Part shown: in pieces, positions 47,512 to 56,406 of the stretch
Layout of the letters: the number at the start of each line of letters is the position of its first letter
Position numbering within the stretch: the stretch's first letter is position 1
DNA from: an uncultured Gammaproteobacteria bacterium
Lineage (GTDB): Bacteria; Patescibacteriota; Microgenomatia; UBA10105; UBA927
Assembly (NCBI GenBank): GCA_964448085.1
Contig: CAYUUX010000001.1
Coordinates: 22,465 to 86,464, forward strand
Reading direction: 5' to 3'
DNA: 64,000 nucleotides
Notes under the pieces: generated by a model
Database searches by the model: none
Seen by the model: the letters and a program-made list of their open reading frames with translations, nothing else
What the model was told of the DNA's origin: nothing
Made by a program: the position numbers and the translations under genes

Positions 47512-47537
47512 ATATCGTTATTATATGCCCTATCCTT

Positions 47538-47840
47538 TCATTTTTTCCAAATGCTCCTATCCAGATTCACTCGATTCCCTGTAAATACTACTCCTTCATT
47601 GCGAAGCATTTTTTCTTTCCGTCTGATACCACCGGAAGCTGTAAATCCTGTCAGCTTTCCGTCGAATGCAACAACCCTATGACAGGGAACACGAGGTGCA
47701 AACGGATTTCTTTTCATGAACATGCCCACAGCACGCGAGGCGCGTGCATTACCGGCAAGCCGAGCAAGTTGTCCGTAGGTAGCGACTTTGCCTTTGGGGA
47801 TTTGTGCGGCGATATGATAAACGCGATCCTTAAACTTCAT
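47538..47840 (-). CDS. methylated-DNA--protein-cysteine methyltransferase-like, C-terminal (DNA-binding/active-site) domain only
   Basis: HTH plus active site motif ATYGQLARLAG…RAVGMFMKRNPFAPRVPCHRVV (PCHRV signature); 100 aa, no N-terminal domain. Confidence 0.75.
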   Translation of the reverse strand: MKFKDRVYHIAAQIPKGKVATYGQLARLAGNARASRAVGMFMKRNPFAPRVPCHRVVAFDGKLTGFTASGGIRRKEKMLRNEGVVFTGNRVNLDRSIWKK

Positions 47841-47842
47841 TG

Positions 47843-48586
47843 TTATTCTGCACCAAACAATTTAGACAGGACCATGATACCGATTCCTACCAAAAACAGT
47901 CCGAATGATGCGATTGATTTCTTTAGACTTTGTTCTTTCCGAATTTCCGGCATAAGATCTGATGCTGCGATATAAATAAATCCACCAGCAGCAAACGGCA
48001 GTAGATATGTTGTGAGATAGGATGAAACGAACGATGCATAATAACCAACGATCCCTCCGGCAACCGCAATAAGTGCGACGGCAAAATTAGACAGCAAAGC
48101 CTTTTTTTTGTCAAAACCGGAATATAATAACACCCCGAAATCACCAATTTCCTGTGGAATCTCATGGAGCGCAACAGTGAGTGTCGTAATAATACCTAGC
48201 CGCACATCTGTGATGAACGTTGCTGCGATAATCAAGCCGTCAATAAAATTATGGATAGCGTCTCCGATCAAATTCATTGATCCAAACGTATGCACATCAC
48301 AATGTCCTTTATGACAGTGGCGCCAATGGAGCACCTTTTCTATAAGAAAAAATGAACAAAACGACAGCAAAACAATTCCATTCACCGTCATAGTATCCGT
48401 TTCTGCAACGGCCTCCGGTAATAAGTGCAAAAATGCTCCCCCCATAAGCGCCCCGGCGGAAAGTGCAACGAGGAGCATCAACACGCGTGAAAGCCTTACT
48501 TCCTTGATTGCTAAGGTAAACACACCAATTAACCCACCGGTGCTTATAATGAATGTTGCGATAATGATATATAAAAGCGTATTCAT
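47843..48586 (-). CDS. ZIP-family divalent metal transporter (ZupT-like)
   Basis: 8 TM; HNFxDG and HEIPQEIGDF metal-binding motifs; His-rich loop HWRHCHKGHCDVH. Confidence 0.85.
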   Translation of the reverse strand: MNTLLYIIIATFIISTGGLIGVFTLAIKEVRLSRVLMLLVALSAGALMGGAFLHLLPEAVAETDTMTVNGIVLLSFCSFFLIEKVLHWRHCHKGHCDVHTFGSMNLIGDAIHNFIDGLIIAATFITDVRLGIITTLTVALHEIPQEIGDFGVLLYSGFDKKKALLSNFAVALIAVAGGIVGYYASFVSSYLTTYLLPFAAGGFIYIAASDLMPEIRKEQSLKKSIASFGLFLVGIGIMVLSKLFGAE

Positions 48587-48658
48587 AGAACGATCATACG
48601 AATTGTTTACTACGGTGCTATTATAATCTTAACGATAGACTTTTGCTTTAGTAGAATT

Positions 48659-48922
48659 TCACAGTTGCTCTGTGTCACCAAAGAAATCATCAATTAAGGT
48701 TTCGTCTAGTAAGTCCTCATCTCCTAATTTTGCTATTAGGCTATCTCTTAAAAATCGTCTTGTCCGTTGGTGAGGTTGTCCGTTTATCAAATCTTCATCA
48801 CTACAATCTAAACCATAATTTTTAAGTCCATTTGAAGACCAGGAGGAAATAACTTTATGATCTATGACACTTCTATCTCTCTCTAAAATTAGTTGATGGT
48901 GTAATTCTAATGTCATATTCAC
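48659..48922 (-). CDS. small acidic hypothetical protein in AT-rich islet
   Basis: 87 aa, acidic C-terminus (…GDEDLLDETLIDDFFGDTEQL); AT-rich like the neighbouring HAD gene. Confidence 0.35.
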   Translation of the reverse strand: MNMTLELHHQLILERDRSVIDHKVISSWSSNGLKNYGLDCSDEDLINGQPHQRTRRFLRDSLIAKLGDEDLLDETLIDDFFGDTEQL

Positions 48923-48998
48923 CTGCTATATTTTGTCTGTTACTTCGTTCTAGGACCAATGTATCCTTATAGCTGAATACTAACTTTTGGTTATAGTC

Positions 48999-49595
48999 TT
49001 ACTCTGCTGGCATCACGGTCTGGAACCCTTTGATCCCATAACCGTTCATAAACTTATTCAATAGATTTTCATTATTCTCTTCTTTGTTCCACCAAATGGT
49101 TTGCATTCCTAATTTGTCTGCTGCTTCTATATTTTCTAAAGAATCATCCATAAACAAACATTCTTCGGGCTTTGTGTTTAGTCTTTCGCAAGCTAATAAG
49201 TAAATCTTAGGGTCGGGTTTTTTAATACCTTCCACAGCAGAGTTTATATAAATATCAAAAATACTGAAGTCGAATTTTTCTTTCCAATATTTTAGGGCTA
49301 CTGCATTTCCGTTATTAATGACTGCTATTTTATATTTGCTTTTCAATGCGGGGAGCAATTCCCATAAATCATCAAATTTCTCATACTTTTCTGGAATCAA
49401 ACAAACAGCCCGTTTAATTTTTTCATCGCTCAATTTAAGCTTTTCTTTTATATCGCTAATTAATTTAATGTCATCTAAATGGTTGAACAAGCATTCTATA
49501 TTCTGAGTATTGATTTCGTCCGAAGTTTTTGGGGTGTAACCATCCCTCTTAAAAACCAGTACCCCAACCATATCAAAAAGAATAGCTTTAATCAT
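48999..49595 (-). CDS. HAD-superfamily hydrolase (subfamily IA-like)
   Basis: Motif I ILFDMVGVL (DxDxV), motif II/III region, motif IV FMDDSLENIEAADKLG; about 33% GC. Start at MIKAILFDM; the upstream 13 codons in the ORF track overlap the tRNA. Confidence 0.75.
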   Translation of the reverse strand: MIKAILFDMVGVLVFKRDGYTPKTSDEINTQNIECLFNHLDDIKLISDIKEKLKLSDEKIKRAVCLIPEKYEKFDDLWELLPALKSKYKIAVINNGNAVALKYWKEKFDFSIFDIYINSAVEGIKKPDPKIYLLACERLNTKPEECLFMDDSLENIEAADKLGMQTIWWNKEENNENLLNKFMNGYGIKGFQTVMPAE

Positions 49596-49602
49596 AGTCG
49601 AG

Positions 49603-49673
49603 CTGCGGGGCTTGGATTCGGACCAAGATAACATCCTCCAGAGGGATGCGTACTACCGTTATACGACCCCGCA
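49603..49673 (-). tRNA. tRNA-Gln-like (anticodon CTG) with atypical T-loop (C55)
   Basis: Manual fold on minus strand: acceptor UGCGGGG/CCCCGCA (U1-A72), discriminator G73 (both GlnRS-type identity features), U8, D-arm GUAU-AACGGUA-GUAC, anticodon arm CAUCC-CUCUGGA-GGAUG (U33, CUG), 4-nt variable loop, T-arm CUUGG-UCCGAAU-CCAAG (C instead of U at position 55). Plus-strand reading rejected (C at position 33). Confidence 0.5.
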
Positions 49674-49710
49674 AATTATTACGCTTTCTACTCCATTGTA
49701 TTATTTATGG

Positions 49711-50532
49711 CTATTCTGGTAAGCAAATTATACCACCCGAACGTGCCATAAGTAAGCCATCTTTCAGAAGACCTTGCACTAATAGCTTTACTTTTTTTTG
49801 ATCTATTTCATATTGCTTTTCCATTACGCTAATGAGTGCTTTTTCCTGAAATGACTGCTCTCTTACTAAGTCAAGTATACGTCCACGAAAATATCTGTTC
49901 GTTTTCTTAAAGGGAAGTATGTATGACTTTTTTATATTAGTTGATCGCAACTCTTTCTCGTGCAATGCACCATAATCCATAAGCGCCTGATGCCACTCCC
50001 ATGATTTTCCCAAAGGAAGCAGTCTTTGTGCTATATCTTCGATATTCTTTTCATCTTGTAAAACATCGTCAAAGAAAAAATGCGTAATAATCTTTCTAAT
50101 ATTGGTGTCTACCATCGCTAAATCTTTTTTATATGCAAATACCAGTACGGCTCGCGCTGTGTATTTGCCTATTCCTGGGAGTTTCTGCAAAGTCTTCTCG
50201 TCTTGTGGAAAAATACCGTTATAGTCGGATGTAATAAAATTGGCTGTTTTATGTAGATATAACGCTCGTCTGTTGTATCCCATTCCTTTCCAAATGCGCA
50301 ATACGTCACTCAATCGCGCCCGCGCTAACGATTTGATGGTTGGGTATTTTGCAATAAATTCCTTGTACTTGGGTAATCCGCGAACAACTTGCGTCTGCTG
50401 CAGCAGAATCTCCGAAAGCAAAATCTTGTATGGATCATGTGTTTTTCGCCACGGCAAATCGCGTTTATGCACTTTCCACCAACGGAAAATATACGTATGA
50501 AAACGGATAATATTTCTGCGCGTTAGTTTCAT
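49711..50532 (-). CDS. HhH-GPD superfamily DNA glycosylase (MutY/Nth-like core lacking the [4Fe-4S] Cys cluster) with C-terminal extension
   Basis: LPGIGKYTARAVLVFAY (HhH) followed by the catalytic Asp region (AMVDTNIRKI); no CxxxxxxCxxCxxxxxC. Confidence 0.65.
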   Translation of the reverse strand: MKLTRRNIIRFHTYIFRWWKVHKRDLPWRKTHDPYKILLSEILLQQTQVVRGLPKYKEFIAKYPTIKSLARARLSDVLRIWKGMGYNRRALYLHKTANFITSDYNGIFPQDEKTLQKLPGIGKYTARAVLVFAYKKDLAMVDTNIRKIITHFFFDDVLQDEKNIEDIAQRLLPLGKSWEWHQALMDYGALHEKELRSTNIKKSYILPFKKTNRYFRGRILDLVREQSFQEKALISVMEKQYEIDQKKVKLLVQGLLKDGLLMARSGGIICLPE

Positions 50533-50635
50533 TGTTGCCTTCTCCCCTCTTGCTCGCCAAGAGGGGAATGCGAAAAACATAACATCTCTCAGCGTATTCC
50601 TGCAGGAGACTGACGTTTATTGTACAATACTTCCT

Positions 50636-51511
50636 ATGGAAGCAGCACAAAAGAAGGCTGGAATCGCCTGCATCATCGGGCGCCCCAACAGCGGAAAGTC
50701 GACACTTTTAAACATGATCCTTCACCAGAAGGTATCCATCACGTCGCCAAAACCACAAACGACACGGTTCCCTATTCAGGCCGTTTATGAAGATGCGCGC
50801 GGCCAGATTCTCTTTGTGGATACCCCTGGAATTTTCGGTAAAACACCGGACCAGCTTTCAAAACGCATCAATTCGAAAGCGGAAGAAGTACTTTCTTCCC
50901 AAATCGATGTTGTTATCTATCTTATCGATCACACGCGGGAACGCGACCTTGAAGAAAACAGGGCGCTTGGTATCGTACGGAAAGCACGCGTCCCGAAAAT
51001 TCTTGCGATAAATAAGATTGACGTAAAGAAACCTTCTCATATTATCCAATACAAATTTATGGAAGATGAATTTGACGATGTTGTTGAAATATCCGCGCTG
51101 GAAGGAAAAAATCTTCCAATTCTTTTGGACGCACTGTTCAAACATATGCCGGTTCGTGAAAAACTCATCGACACAACCACCCTCACACAACCGGGGCTCA
51201 ATATTGATAGCCGAACATTCGTTTCTGAAATCATTCGCGAAAAAGCGTTTTTATTCTTGCGTCGGGAAGTCCCCTATTCACTTACAACTGTGGTTGATGA
51301 CATTGTTGAACGTTCCAACGGCAATCTGTATATCAAAGCACGCATCCTTACTAACCAAGACAGATATAAAGGGATGATTGTTGGCAGAAACGGATCGATG
51401 ATTAAGGAAATATCTATGGCCTCACGGAAAGAACTGCAAACCGCCACAAACAAAAACGTTTTTTTGGATTTAACGGTTGAGGTCGACCCCCATTGGGTGG
51501 AATATCTTTAA
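50636..51511 (+). CDS. era: GTPase Era
   Basis: G1 GRPNSGKST, G3 DTPG, G4 NKID, C-terminal KH domain (…VGRNGSMIKEISMASRKEL…). Confidence 0.9.
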   Translation: MEAAQKKAGIACIIGRPNSGKSTLLNMILHQKVSITSPKPQTTRFPIQAVYEDARGQILFVDTPGIFGKTPDQLSKRINSKAEEVLSSQIDVVIYLIDHTRERDLEENRALGIVRKARVPKILAINKIDVKKPSHIIQYKFMEDEFDDVVEISALEGKNLPILLDALFKHMPVREKLIDTTTLTQPGLNIDSRTFVSEIIREKAFLFLRREVPYSLTTVVDDIVERSNGNLYIKARILTNQDRYKGMIVGRNGSMIKEISMASRKELQTATNKNVFLDLTVEVDPHWVEYL

Positions 51512-51530
51512 GTGCGAAGATTTCTGCAAA

Positions 51531-52922
51531 TTATTTCAACCGTACCAACGTTTCCTCTTTCCCCAGTATTTCCAGCGACTCCAAAAGCGGCGGTCCAACT
51601 GTTTTTCCGGTAACAGCGACCCGGAGCTCCATAAAGATATCTCGCGCTTTTACGCCGTCTTTTTCCGCCTGAGCACGAAGTGCTTTTTCCATTACATCAT
51701 GTTCCCATGCGGACACCGTTTCGAGTGCTGTACGTACGGTTGTGAGATATTTAGCGTTTATCGGACGTTCCAACGTTACGGGTCGTACAAAAAAGAAGTC
51801 TGCAAGAGATTCAAATTCACCAAGCGTCTTCATGCGTTCCTTTACCAAAGGGAGTATCCGTTTCATGAGATCATCGCTCTCTTTTGGTACAGTTGCGTCG
51901 AATGCGCATATCCGATTGATAAGTTCTTTTTCGCCCATCTTTCGTATATATTCACCATTCATCCAACGAAGTTTTTCCTGGTCAAAAATTGGCGCGGTTG
52001 TCTGCACATCCTTCATGTCAAATTTTTCAATCATCTCATCCACGTTAAATAACTCTTTCCCGGGATATGTCCATGCCATTGTTGCCATGTAATTTTTCAT
52101 TGCCTCCGGCAAATATCCCTTTGCTCGATAATCAGCAACCCACACCGGATTTTTTCTTTTGGATAATTTGCTCCGATCCGGATTTCTCAGAACCGATACA
52201 TGCGCAATTGCGGGAATTTCCCACCCAAAAAATTGGTACAACAAGATGTGTTTCGGCGTTGAAGATATCCATTCTTCACCTCGAATGATGTGGGAAATGT
52301 TCATTATGTGATCGTCAACAACCACACCTAAATGGTAGGTGGGATATCCATCCGATTTTATCAATACTTGGTCATCAATCAGTTTATTTTCAAATGATAT
52401 GTCGCCGCGAATAAGGTCATGAAACATCGTCGTACCTTCTTCCGGAACATTTAATCGTATGACATGTTTCTCCCCTTTTTGAATTCGCGCCTGTGCCTCA
52501 TCGCGAGCAATTGCCTTACAGTGGCCGTCATACATCGGCGGCTTATGTTCCGTTTCCTGAGACTGACGCATTTTTTCAAGGCGATCGGGCGTACAAAAAC
52601 AGTAATATGCATGTCCCTTTTCAACGAGTTCTTCTGCGTATTTTTTGTACATATCCAACCGTTCCGATTGCCGGTATGGTGCAAATTGACCTCCAACATC
52701 CGGTCCTTCATCATGCGGAATACCAAGCCACTCCAGTGATGCCAATATTCGTTCTTCCGAACCCTCTACAAGTCGCGTCCTGTCCGTATCTTCCACGCGA
52801 ACGATAAATTCACCACCGTGTTTTTTTGCAAACACGTAATTGATCAACGCAGTGTATGCGTTGCCGATATGAAGATCCTGACCTGTGGGAGATGGTGCGA
52901 TACGGGTACGAATTTTCTCCAT
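51531..52922 (-). CDS. gltX: glutamate--tRNA ligase (possibly non-discriminating)
   Basis: Class I HIGH (HIGNA) and KMSKS-like (KLSKR) motifs, about 465 aa. Confidence 0.9.
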   Translation of the reverse strand: MEKIRTRIAPSPTGQDLHIGNAYTALINYVFAKKHGGEFIVRVEDTDRTRLVEGSEERILASLEWLGIPHDEGPDVGGQFAPYRQSERLDMYKKYAEELVEKGHAYYCFCTPDRLEKMRQSQETEHKPPMYDGHCKAIARDEAQARIQKGEKHVIRLNVPEEGTTMFHDLIRGDISFENKLIDDQVLIKSDGYPTYHLGVVVDDHIMNISHIIRGEEWISSTPKHILLYQFFGWEIPAIAHVSVLRNPDRSKLSKRKNPVWVADYRAKGYLPEAMKNYMATMAWTYPGKELFNVDEMIEKFDMKDVQTTAPIFDQEKLRWMNGEYIRKMGEKELINRICAFDATVPKESDDLMKRILPLVKERMKTLGEFESLADFFFVRPVTLERPINAKYLTTVRTALETVSAWEHDVMEKALRAQAEKDGVKARDIFMELRVAVTGKTVGPPLLESLEILGKEETLVRLK

Positions 52923-52967
52923 ACAATGTATGCATTGTATCATACAAATTTGCTGTATACTTATGCT

Positions 52968-54026
52968 ATGGCCACGCTCACGGAAACGGCATATCAGGCA
53001 CGAAAAGCAATTAATTGGGCAATTCTTGCCGTCATCGGGTATATCATTTTGAGAATCTTTTGGGGATTATTTGTGAATCTTTGGATGCTTGTGTTCCCCC
53101 CAAAACCACCGCCTCCCAATTACGGGTTTGGTAAACTCCCGGCATTGGTATTTCCATCTCCAGCTGCTTCTCCTTCGGCAGGCATTCAATTTAAACTGGA
53201 AACCATCGAAGGAACGGTTCCTCGCGCTTCGGAATCCGCCACTGTTTTTTTCATGCCAAAGAATGCTGCGAATCTTTTAGCGCTCACAAAAGCAAACGAA
53301 TTTGCAAAACGCATGGAATTTCTTCAGGAACCTTTCCAGGAAACAAAATATATTTATCGGTATGAGGATGCGGAAACACCGCTTCGTCAGCTTCGCTACG
53401 ATATCGTATCAAAAAATTTCATCCTCAGATACTTGTTTGAAAAAGACATGGGCCTTTTTAACGACCGAAATATTCCCGTTGAAAATGCCGCAAAACTTGA
53501 AGCAAAAAATATTTTGCAGATTTATGGTCTTTATGCAACGGATATTGAAGAGGGGTCTGTCAATGTGCGGTATCTCAAATTGCAGGGGGATAAGCTGATC
53601 CCAACCACAAGCATGTCACAGTCCGACGCGGTCAGAGTAGATTTTTTCCGCGCAGCCGTTGCCGGAACGGAAATCATAACACCATATCCGGATGAAGGTG
53701 CTATTTCTTTCGTGTTCTCCGGGGCAAAAAATATTAAAAAACGTGTCCTGCAGTTTGCGTATACATACTGGCCAATCGACCAATCTACGACAGCAACGTA
53801 TGCGCTGAAAACAAGCAGTGAAGCATGGACGGAATTACAAGGAGGGGGCGGATACATTGCACGCTATCCAAAAAAGGGAAATCTCGCTGTCATTCGAAAA
53901 GTACATCTTGCATATTATGACTCATTTGAACCGCAAACCTATCTCCAACCCATTTTTGTATTTGAGGGGGACGAGGATTTCTTAGCCTACGTTTCCGCAG
54001 TATCTCCTTTGTGGATTGAAAATTAA
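52968..54026 (+). CDS. membrane-anchored hypothetical protein with Pro-rich juxtamembrane segment
   Basis: TM AILAVIGYIILRIFWGLFVNLWMLVF then PPKPPPPNYG; about 300 aa extracytoplasmic domain without motif. Confidence 0.45.
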   Translation: MATLTETAYQARKAINWAILAVIGYIILRIFWGLFVNLWMLVFPPKPPPPNYGFGKLPALVFPSPAASPSAGIQFKLETIEGTVPRASESATVFFMPKNAANLLALTKANEFAKRMEFLQEPFQETKYIYRYEDAETPLRQLRYDIVSKNFILRYLFEKDMGLFNDRNIPVENAAKLEAKNILQIYGLYATDIEEGSVNVRYLKLQGDKLIPTTSMSQSDAVRVDFFRAAVAGTEIITPYPDEGAISFVFSGAKNIKKRVLQFAYTYWPIDQSTTATYALKTSSEAWTELQGGGGYIARYPKKGNLAVIRKVHLAYYDSFEPQTYLQPIFVFEGDEDFLAYVSAVSPLWIEN

Positions 54027-54036
54027 AACCAACCAT

Positions 54037-55005
54037 TTATTTCTGAAGCATTTCCTGCCATTGAATATTTGCAAATGTCCAATCGATCAATCGAATGGTG
54101 TCCATAAAACGATCACCACTATGCAGTACCACGATGATAACTCTCCTGCCGTTTCGCTCCATGAGGGTCACAAGGTTTTCCCCCGCTTCCTCAGTCCACC
54201 CGGTTTTTATTCCTGCAATACCTGGGATTTTCCCCAACAACTGATTGACATTGCTGAGTTTATGAAAATACGTATGTGTTACATCGGAAACCGTTATCTG
54301 CGGTATGCTTACCATTTTTGCAATTACGGAATTTTCTAGCGCCACAGCAGCAAGTTTCGTAAGATCTTCTGCAGACATGTAGTGCTCGGGATCATCATAT
54401 CCCACGGGATTTGTGAAGTGACTTGATGAAAGATGCAATTCCTGCGCCTTTGCATTCATGGATGCAACAAAAGCATCGACACCGCCGGGATACTGTGCTG
54501 CCAGTGCGTAACCCGCATCATTTCCGGACTGAATTAAAAGGCCATACAATAAATTCTCTACCGTTATCCGTTCTCCGTGCACAAGTCCCATAACCTGACC
54601 ACCATTTTTTGTATCCGATACGGTGACCACGTCATTCAGATTCATGGAATCCAATACGACTAACGCCGTTAGAATTTTTGTTGTTGACGCGGGAGGAAGT
54701 TTTATCGTGCTGTTTTTCCGATAGATATAGACTCCGGAAGTCAAATCTTGGACTACAACGGCTAATGCTGAAATTTCTTCACCCGGATATATCTGCGTTA
54801 TATTCACGGGATACGGAGGTGGTGTCGGCACGACAATCATTTTCGCTTGTGTCTTCAAGTTTTGCGGAAAAAAATCAATCATGTACCTGCTCTGTCCCGG
54901 ATACCAAAAAAAAGCGACAGCAATAATACAAAGAAGCAGTATTCCGCCCCATCTCCTTTTAAAAATATTCGGAACGCGACCAATAACCCCCCGGAGTTTC
55001 TTCAT
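54037..55005 (-). CDS. D-alanyl-D-alanine carboxypeptidase (S11, PBP5/6-like)
   Basis: SxxK (PASTTKILT), SxN (QSGNDAG), KTG (KTGWTEEAG) motifs; N-terminal TM. Confidence 0.85.
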   Translation of the reverse strand: MKKLRGVIGRVPNIFKRRWGGILLLCIIAVAFFWYPGQSRYMIDFFPQNLKTQAKMIVVPTPPPYPVNITQIYPGEEISALAVVVQDLTSGVYIYRKNSTIKLPPASTTKILTALVVLDSMNLNDVVTVSDTKNGGQVMGLVHGERITVENLLYGLLIQSGNDAGYALAAQYPGGVDAFVASMNAKAQELHLSSSHFTNPVGYDDPEHYMSAEDLTKLAAVALENSVIAKMVSIPQITVSDVTHTYFHKLSNVNQLLGKIPGIAGIKTGWTEEAGENLVTLMERNGRRVIIVVLHSGDRFMDTIRLIDWTFANIQWQEMLQK

Positions 55006-55013
55006 GGAAATAA

Positions 55014-56378
55014 TTATTTCTTTCGTACCGCTAAACCAACTTCCTTCAGCTGTTCATCCGATATGGGGCTTGGAGCATTCATGATACTGGTTTGACCGCT
55101 CGACGTTTGAGGGAACGCCTGCACTTCTTTAATTGACGATTCCCCGGTAAGACACATCATGAATCGCTCAATACCCAATGCAATGCCCCCATGTGGAGGG
55201 ACGCCATAGGAAAAAGCTTTTAACATATGGCCAAATTGTTCTTCGATTTGTTTTTTTGTATGTCCGATTATCTCAAACACTTTCGATAATATCGCAGGAT
55301 CGTTACTGCGTATGCTTCCCCCGCCCGCTTCGTACCCGTTCCATACCAAATCATATTGACTCGTCAATATACCTTCGATTTCTCCTTTCAACAATGCTTC
55401 TTTGTGCTCAGGTTTCGGATCGGAAAACGGATTATGGGAATACGTCCAATGGCCGCTTTTATCCTTTTCAAAAAACGGGAAATCCACAACCCACGCGAAA
55501 GCATGTATTCCCTTCGCTTTTTCTTCCGCGTTTCGCATATCAAATTTGTCTGCGCCGTATTTTTTCATCGCTTGAGCATAAGAGATAACGGGGAACGGTT
55601 TTTCTTTTATAACACCACCCAACGATTCAACGATTTCTGTGACCATCGCTTCAATCAATGCCATAACGTCTTCCCGTGTAACAAAGCTCATCTCGATATC
55701 AAGCTGCGTATGTTCGAATCCCCTGTCAGCGCGCAAATCCTCATCCCGAAGACAACGCGCCACTTGAAAGTATTGTTCAAAGCCTGCAACCATCAGAAGC
55801 TGTTTGTATTGCTGAGGAGACTGTGGGAGTGCATACCATTTACCCGGTTGCAGTCTGGATGGCACCAAAAAATCCCTCGATCCTTCAGGTGTCGATTTGG
55901 TTAACATCGGCGTTTCAATCTCCGTAAAATCGCGGGAAAACAAAAATTGGCGCATTTTATCCAAAACATGCGAACGCAACCGGATATTTTTTTGAAGGCG
56001 TTTTCTTCGAAGATCGAGGTATCGATATTTCAAACGCAGTTCCTCATTAATATCCAACCCATCCGTATCAACCGGAAAAGGCAATTCAGCAGCTTTTGAC
56101 AGAATCGTCAATTTTTCAACTTCTATCTCTATTGTCCCTGTTGGCAGTTTGGGGTTCACCATCGATTCTGGCCGCTTTTTGACAACTCCCACGACCCGGA
56201 TGCAATCCTCCGGTTTTGCATCGCCAAGCGTCTTTACCGATACCAATTGCATAATCCCCGTCCTGTCACGTAGATCCAAAAACATGATTTTTCCGTGATC
56301 ACGTCGTGCATCAACCCACCCTTCGAGGGTTATCTGCTCGCCCACTTTATTTACCCCATCGACAATCATCGTTCTCAT
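55014..56378 (-). CDS. aspS: aspartate--tRNA ligase, compact form lacking the bacterial GAD insertion
   Basis: OB-fold N-domain, class II motif 2 QVARCLRDEDLRADRGFEHTQLDIEMSF, motif 3 GGIALGIERF; 454 aa versus about 590 aa for typical bacterial AspRS. Confidence 0.88.
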   Translation of the reverse strand: MRTMIVDGVNKVGEQITLEGWVDARRDHGKIMFLDLRDRTGIMQLVSVKTLGDAKPEDCIRVVGVVKKRPESMVNPKLPTGTIEIEVEKLTILSKAAELPFPVDTDGLDINEELRLKYRYLDLRRKRLQKNIRLRSHVLDKMRQFLFSRDFTEIETPMLTKSTPEGSRDFLVPSRLQPGKWYALPQSPQQYKQLLMVAGFEQYFQVARCLRDEDLRADRGFEHTQLDIEMSFVTREDVMALIEAMVTEIVESLGGVIKEKPFPVISYAQAMKKYGADKFDMRNAEEKAKGIHAFAWVVDFPFFEKDKSGHWTYSHNPFSDPKPEHKEALLKGEIEGILTSQYDLVWNGYEAGGGSIRSNDPAILSKVFEIIGHTKKQIEEQFGHMLKAFSYGVPPHGGIALGIERFMMCLTGESSIKEVQAFPQTSSGQTSIMNAPSPISDEQLKEVGLAVRKK

Positions 56379-56406
56379 AATACTTAGATTGTAGTGATAT
56401 TACCTA

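Noticed and set aside
49603-49673. Plus-strand reading of the tRNA-like cloverleaf (would give anticodon CAG)
   Set aside because: In plus orientation position 33 is C and only one nucleotide separates the acceptor and D stems. The minus orientation gives U8, U33, a proper D-loop GG and Gln identity elements, so only the minus-strand call is kept.
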